Assembly: GCF_011386835.1 (NCBI RefSeq) | Contig: NC_088802.1 | Span: forward strand, 54,126,001-54,190,000 | Reading direction: 5' to 3' | DNA length: 64,000 nt | DNA from: Chrysemys picta bellii | Lineage: Eukaryota | In this document: positions 57,846 through 64,000 of the stretch, one piece after another | Position numbering within the stretch: the stretch's first letter is position 1 | How the letters are laid out: each line of letters opens with the position of its first letter | Notes under the pieces: generated by a model | Told to the model about the DNA's origin: nothing | Seen by the model: only the letters and a program-made list of their open reading frames with translations | The model's database searches: none | Translations under genes and position numbers: made by a program

Positions 57846-58950
57846 TGAGGCCTGTCTAGCTAGAAAAAGGACACGCGCCATGGGAAGTGCACCCTGTGTC
57901 CCTCTGCTAGTCCTTCTTGCAGTCCCGGCTCTGGCAATGCAGATTTTAGGACGGGCGTGTCAGCTGCACAGGAAGGTCTGACCTCACCACTCAAGCGGAT
58001 TCCAGTGCGGGGAGTTACCCCACTGACTTCCGCCGGCTTTGGGTCCTTCTGCTCCTTGTCTGGATCCAGAGTGACCCCCCCACATACCCCTTCACCCCAC
58101 CGAGGAACCAGCCCCGCTGCTAATGGGTTTGGAATCTGCAAATTAAACTCCCAGCCGGCCCCCTGGGGATTCTTTATTACCTATTTCCTGGCTCGGGGCT
58201 AATCCCAAATCACGCCTTGGCCTGCAAGCCAGGCTCAGTGACCTCAGGGTATTAGAAGGTGCTGATTAAATCCTGGGCTCAAGGGAAGCAGCCAGCACTT
58301 GCCCTGTCCCCAGTGAGCACCATGGAGGGGATGAGGATTTAGCTGCCTTGCAATGAGGGGGGCTGTGGGTTTGACTGGACGCTTCTTTCCTGCACAGCTG
58401 TGATCCCAGGGAGGTAGAGACGTGGCGACAGGGTATCTATGCCATAGCGGCACAGCTCCGTAGGGTAGGTGCTTCCTACAGCGACAGAAGGGGTTTTCCC
58501 TGGAGTTAATGGAGTTCTCCACAAGGACTGCATTTGTAAAGCTCCACCCGTGGGAGCTCTAGTGTAGCCAAGGTTCTGGGGGACACGGGTATTTTAGCCA
58601 CCGTGCTGTCTAGCCCTGCCCGGAGCACTCAGACAGCACTGTAGAGCCGATTTCTGGCCAGCACTTTCCCAGGATAACCCATTTCTCGGTCACCTGCACA
58701 GAAACCATCGCTCCTTCGCCGTGCACCTGAACGGAGGCGAGAGAGACCCCGTGGGCCACAACTACTTACCCACATCACCCTCCCTTGCAGGAATACGCCT
58801 GCAAAAGGGACCGGCAGCTGGGAAGTTCGGGGTGATCCCAGCTCCATCCCTTTCTCAAGTGCTGCAGGGTACAGGGTCATTCCTGAGCGCCTCTCTCTGT
58901 TTTTGGGGTGAAAGAAATAAACCAAAAAACGATTCCAGTGCTTTTGAGTC

Positions 58951-58956
58951 TTTATT
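58951..58956 (-). terminator. Candidate SDK2 poly(A) signal AATAAA
   Basis: TTTATT on + strand 1.6 kb past the SDK2 stop; an alternative hexamer at 58173-58178. Confidence 0.4.
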
Positions 58957-60551
58957 AAAGGGACCCCACGCACCAGGTTCAATCCTCTGTCAACCAGCCT
59001 GGGCCGAGAATGTGCAAATACGGGCGAGAGCACGTGGGGCTAATCACCACGGTGACAGCTCCGGACCCCCTCCGCAGAAGGTTGGGGACACAGCGGGAGA
59101 CAGCCGGACCCTCCAGCTCGTACTTCGCACCCGCGCAAAAGGGAAGACGGCTGAGGAGTTCGGGATCCAGCTGACAAGTAGGCACTGTGTGTGTTTTGCG
59201 ATGCTGGAAACAACCACCACCACCGATCCCCCGCATCCCGATTCTGGCCCCCTCCCCTCGCATCCCCCGCCAAACCTGGGCACTAAAACAACACAAAACA
59301 AAGACTGCGGCTGCCAGTCCATCACGCCAGCAGAGCCCTGCCCCGCCCACTCTGTTCTGCTGGAGTTAAAGGGGCGGTGTCCGTCCCAAGCCAGGGGGAG
59401 AGGACCACGTTGTAGGCGGAGGGTACATCTCACCCCACAACCATCCCGGGACCCAGGGCATTTTCCTTTCCCTCCCCCTCTCCAGGATGGGGCCAAGGAA
59501 GGAAGAAATGAATTGCTGTGCCGATAAACGATGCCCCCGTGCTGGTCACCTGCCCCGTGGCGCAGTTCGACCGCAGAGGCCCCCTCCCCAGCTTCTCGCC
59601 AGGGATAAGGGGGGCTGGGAGGGGGGTGTCTCCTCCAGAAGGATTCAAGTAAATCGATCACAACTCCAGCATCCCCGTCCCCCCCAAATCCACTCTCCAC
59701 CCCCCACATCCCGCCCCAATGCAGCAAACCAAACGGCTGCCTACGGGCTTTGTGTTTCGGTTTGTCACTTTTCCACACTCTGACATGGCGTGTCATGGGG
59801 AGACTGGCAGAGGAGGGACCGGCGAGCCGAGTGGGCAGCCTGGCAAAGCGGGTCCCATGTGCAGCATGTGGGCCATCGGGCACGTCTGTGGCCCACTGGG
59901 AAGCAAGGTGCCTGCAGGCGTTGTTCCCACCTAACGCTGAGCGGAAGAGCAGCACCGTTCCCATCCCACGTCAGGCTCTGCGGTGCTGGGCCGAGGACAC
60001 CGTTGGTCACTGGCGTGGGTTTGCCGGTTGAAGTCTTGTGCGACCACGCTGGCCGACAGCTCTTGCACGCCCCGCTCCTCTGGACGCTAGCTGGCTGGCC
60101 TTTCAGGGAGCGCACAAAGAAAGCTTTGGCCCACAAGGGGTGGGTCTGTCCTGTCAGCAAAGGCCCTTGAGTAAACCCGCCCGCAAGGAGCCAGCGCCCT
60201 GTGGAGACACCAGCATCGGCCGGGAGCCCGCCAGCTGCCGTCCTTGACCCTGTAACTTTCCTCTCCGCGCCTCAGCCTCGAAGAGAAGAGAAGGCCCCCC
60301 ACAGACGGACTCGCGGCCCTGCAAGGTTTTGCAAAGGTCCTTTCAGGGGGTGCCCCTTCTATAGGGCTCCATGCGCCTCTGGAAGCAGCAAATGATTAGA
60401 CTCCGAACCGGGTCCGCTTGTCTCTCCCCGGCCGGCGCTGGGCTCGCCCTGCTGGGACATCTCCTTTGCTTCGGAAAAAATAACTCTGGACGTAAACGTG
60501 GGTTTGGGATTTCTTGTCCTTTTTCGCTTTTCTTTATTTCTTTTGAAACCA

Positions 60552-60905
60552 TCAAACAAAAGAAGAAAATCCCGCAATGGGGGCTCGAGAGCCCGGCGCC
60601 AGGCTGCTGGGGGGGCGGTACAGGGTGCTCTGCTGGCTGGGGGGGTTGACGGGCGTCTGGGGGGTTGGAGTCCTACTGACTTTGGGCCGGAAGAGGCTGC
60701 CTTGCTGGGTGCTGGTGCTGTTGGACAAGGGGCAGTGGTCGGGGTCGCCGGAATCGCTCTCCGTGTAGCTGTAGGCCTGGGCCCGGGAGATGCCCTTCTG
60801 CTGGCGCCGCCAGGAGTTGTAGTAGGTGGGGTCGCTGATGTAGTGGTTGACGAAGGAGTGGGCCTTCTGCTGGTTCTGATCCACTTCGTACTCACTGTCG
60901 CTCCC
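60552..60905 (-). CDS. SDK2: Sidekick-2 terminal coding exon (GSDSEYEVD...[10 protein letters not shown])
   Basis: [40 protein letters not shown] matches recalled SDK2; PDZ-binding end SSFV; CTCTGCAG acceptor at 60906; upstream exons not found in the window. Confidence 0.96.
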   Translation of the reverse strand, partial: GSDSEYEVDQNQQKAHSFVNHYISDPTYYNSWRRQQKGISRAQAYSYTESDSGDPDHCPLSNSTSTQQGSLFRPKVSRTPTPQTPVNPPSQQSTLYRPPSSLAPGSRAPIAGFSSFV

Positions 60906-61305
60906 CTGCAGAGACAGAGCGCTGGGTTACTACAGGTCTGGCAGTGCCTGGCCGCAGCACTCAGCCGGCCCGACAAGCACATGCCCGCAAGGACACGGCG
61001 CTAGCAGAAGGAGCTGAGGGGGCACCCGCCGGGCAGTGCCACCAGCAGCCCACTGGGCACTGGCCTTGTGAGAGGCAGCTTGGAAACCGTGACCCTGCAT
61101 GACATCAGAGCCTGCACCACCGCACCCATCCTGCAGGCAGGGGAGGGGGTGGGCAGGTGGGCAGCAGCCCCTCCCTGTGTATCCACAGAGCTCAGGGAAC
61201 CGGGGTCTCCCATATACTGGTGTGAGTCCAGAGTGATTCCACGGAACAGCACTGGAGTAAGGGAGGGTCAGAATCGGGCCCTGGGGGAAGCTGGTGATTG
61301 AGCAC

Positions 61306-62371
61306 GACCAGACCCAGCGCCTGTCCCGGCCTGGTGTCCCTTCCCCAGTGACCAGACCCAGCACCCGGCCTGGCCTGGCATCCCCTCCCTGACAACCAGA
61401 CCCCGACCCCGGCCCAGTGTCCCTTCCCTGACAACCAGACCCAGCGCCTGTCCCGGCCTGGCGTCCCTTCCCCAGGGACCAGACCCAGCGCCTGTCCCGG
61501 CCTGGCCTGGAGTCCCTTCCCCAGTGACCAGACCCAGCACCCGGCCTGGCCTGGCATCCCTTCCCCGACAACCAGATCCAACACCTGTCCCGGCCTGGCA
61601 TCCCCTCCCCAATAACCAGACCCAGCGCCCAGCCCGGCCTGGTGTCCCCTCCCCAACAACGAGACCCAGCGCCCGTCCCGGCCTGTCATCCCCTCCCCAA
61701 TAACCAGACCCAGCGCCCGTCCTGGCCTGGCGTCCCCTCCCCGACAGCCAGAACCCGACCCCGGCCCAGTGTCCCTTCCCTGACAACCAGACCCAGCGCC
61801 CGTCCCGGACTGGTGTCCCTTCCCCAGTGACCAGACCCAGCACCCGGCCTGGCCTGGCATCCCTTCCCCGACAACCAGATCCAGCGCCCGGCCCGGCCTG
61901 GCATCCCCTCCCCGACAACCAGACCCAGCACCTGTCCCAGCCTGGCATCCCCTCCCCAATAACCAGAACCAGCGCCCGGCCCGGCCTGGTGTCCCCTCCC
62001 CAACAACGAGACCCAGCGCCCGTCCCGGCCTGGCATCCCCTCCCCAACAACCAGACCCAGCGCCCGTCCCGGCCTGGTGTCCCCTCCCCAACAACCAGAC
62101 CCAGCGCCCGTCCCGGCCTGGCATCCCCTCTCCGACAACCAGACCCAGCACCCGGCCTGGCCTGGAGTCCCTTCCCCAATGACCAGACCCAGCACCTGTC
62201 CTGGCCTGTCCTGGCATCCCTTCCCCAAAGTCCAGATCCCGACCCCGGCCCAGTGTCCCTTCCCCAACAACCAGAGCCAGACCCCATCCCGGCCTGGCGT
62301 TCCTTCCCCGACAACCAGATCCAGACCCCATCCCGGCCTGGCGTTCCTTCCCCGATGACCAGTCCCAGCGC
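61306..62371. repeat. Minisatellite, ~24 copies of a 44-bp unit (39- and 49-bp variants), in the SDK2 last intron
   Basis: Unit (A/G)ACCAGACCCAGCGCCCGTCCCGGCCTGGC(A/G)TCCCCTCCCC(A/G)AC enumerated by hand. Confidence 0.95.
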
Positions 62372-64000
62372 AAGCCCTGGCAGCGCCGACCCTCCGCGCC
62401 GTCTCTGGGAGCAGCCGGAGCTATTTTTGTCAGGCGGGGAGGACGGGGGAAGAAGAAAGAGCTCAGGCAGAGGCTGGGTTGGCTCACGTCCCTCCTTTCA
62501 ACTCGCCCTCTGCTTTCCATAACTGAATTCAGCTGCCCCCTTCCCCGAGGCACAATGGCCCCATTCATGAGGAAGCTCGGGCGGCCAGGAAAGCAATCAA
62601 GTGACAGCTTTCAGCGAGCTCAGCTCTTACAGCTCCTCAAAGACACTCAACCGGCGACAAGGCAAAGGGGGGTTAACTTGGATTCGCCTCCATTTTGCAG
62701 GCAAAGGAAAGGCCAGGCAAGGCCCAGGCCTATAGGGCAGCTGGGGGGTTGTGAAGTGCTGCAAAGTCCTGGAGAGCAGGAAGCCCTCAGCTGCCTGTTC
62801 CCCTCCGCGGCTCTGAGACACACGAGCCTGCACCAGGCTCAGGTGATGGGAGCGGCCAGGGAATTCCCAGCTGGGCCACGGATGGCCGAGTAAGCGTCAC
62901 TGCACCTGTCGGGGCCCCAGCTCTCCTGCAGGAATAATAACCCAGCCTTTGTCTGCTCTGCTCCGCGTGCGAGGCCCTCTCCGTGCGGGGCCACCCAGCG
63001 CGTGGGACAAGGGGGTCCTGATCTCCAGGGGCACCTGCAGGCGCTCCCGTCGTGGGGGTACACGGGCAGGCTTGGTGCTCACGCAGCACCCGCGTCTCCA
63101 CCCGCTCGGGCTCCCTCTGCCCCTTCCCAGTGCTCGGTCGCGCAGCTACAGCCCTCCAAGGAATAGGGAGGAAAGAGCCGGTCGGTCAGATTCCCACTCC
63201 CAGCGCTCCGGTAGCGTAAAGGGAAAGGCCAAAGGGACCTTGGTGTGAAAGAGAAGCAGGTGCTATGAGCCAGAGTGAGATCTCGGCTACACCCCTCATG
63301 TCCCCCCCAACTCAGCGCGGATTTGCCCGGCTGCCACCGACAGAAGGATCTGACCCATCCTCTCTCCCCGCTGCTCCTGCGTGTACCCTGAGGCTCTGGT
63401 TAGTCCCTAGGCGCGCTCAGCGCTGGCCACCCCCAAGCGAGGGTCCTGCAGGGCGGGAAGAACCAATGCACCAGGGAGCTGAGTGGCCCAGCTGAGACAG
63501 TGGCTGAAGTGGGATTAGCAGGCCCGGGCCCCCTGGCCCGCTGCTCAGCCCCACGTGGCCGGCGCGAGGTGCTGCATGACCGCTCCACAGCCCAGGGGCT
63601 AATGCGAGAGCCGAGCGGCAGGCTCTGTTTTGGCTCTCACAGTCTCCCAGATGGAGCGGGGATTCCAGGCAGCCATTTGAATCTCAGCCCCCAGGGCCAC
63701 TGGAGGAGCTAGGGCCAGTCCCACCACAGCTGCAGCATCTGCGCCTGGAAACGCATGGCCAGGAGAAACCGGGTTCTGTACCGGGGGGTCCTGGGGGAAT
63801 ACGCGGTTTCCTGGGGTCTCTCTCCAGCCCCATCCTGTTCCCAGGCGTGCCGCTGCAGAGCATCTCCCTGAACCCTGGCCTGGACCCTCGGCCACTGCTC
63901 TACATGGCCCAAAGAGAGGGGGGTCAGACGGGGACACAGGCTGCCCTGGGGTCCCGGAGCAGCTGTTCCCTTTGCAGGGAGCCGGGCTAACCACCCGGCA

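Noticed and set aside
33000-60500. Numerous 100-300 aa ORFs between CDC42EP4 and SDK2
   Set aside because: Overlapping in all frames, GC-driven, with no recognisable domains or consistent splice structure; several map to MITEs, CR1 or the SDK2 3' UTR
60930-62568. 458-, 348-, 231- and 223-aa ORFs
   Set aside because: Translations of the 44-bp VNTR in the SDK2 intron
62400-64000. SDK2 penultimate exon
   Set aside because: No segment encoding the expected ..EKPSEISDSQ-type end found; it probably lies beyond the window

Overview
Vertebrate genomic DNA, almost certainly turtle. This is inferred from a tRNA-derived SINE with a CR1-like tail (tortoise polIII/SINE type) and from turtle-type CR1, hAT/Harbinger MITE and LTR families. 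Gene order and strands match my recollection of human 17q25.1: FAM104A/VCF1 (-; exons 1-2 only, last exon outside the window), a bidirectional CpG promoter (~7.2-8.0 kb), C17orf80/MTNAP1 (+; 4 coding exons, 611 aa), CPSF4L (-; 8 coding exons, 264 aa), CDC42EP4 (-; single coding exon, 328 aa) and the last exon of SDK2 (-). All exon models were spliced by hand, with GT-AG boundaries and phases checked. Most ORFs in the supplied track are spurious (GC-rich or repeat DNA). No prokaryotic-type system (CRISPR, operon) is present. Main points of interest: (1) the last three exons of C17orf80 encode a near-complete ATP synthase subunit f (ATP5MF) copy, with a latent phase-compatible donor that could yield a stand-alone 86-aa f-like protein; (2) this f-like module lies tail-to-tail with a full-length CPSF30 paralogue, mirroring the human ATP5MF-CPSF4 pair and suggesting an anciently duplicated gene pair; (3) a 13-copy minisatellite presenting poly(A)-site-like units antisense in C17orf80 intron 1; (4) an AG|GTGAGT recursive-splice-like site at the start of the CDC42EP4 coding exon.
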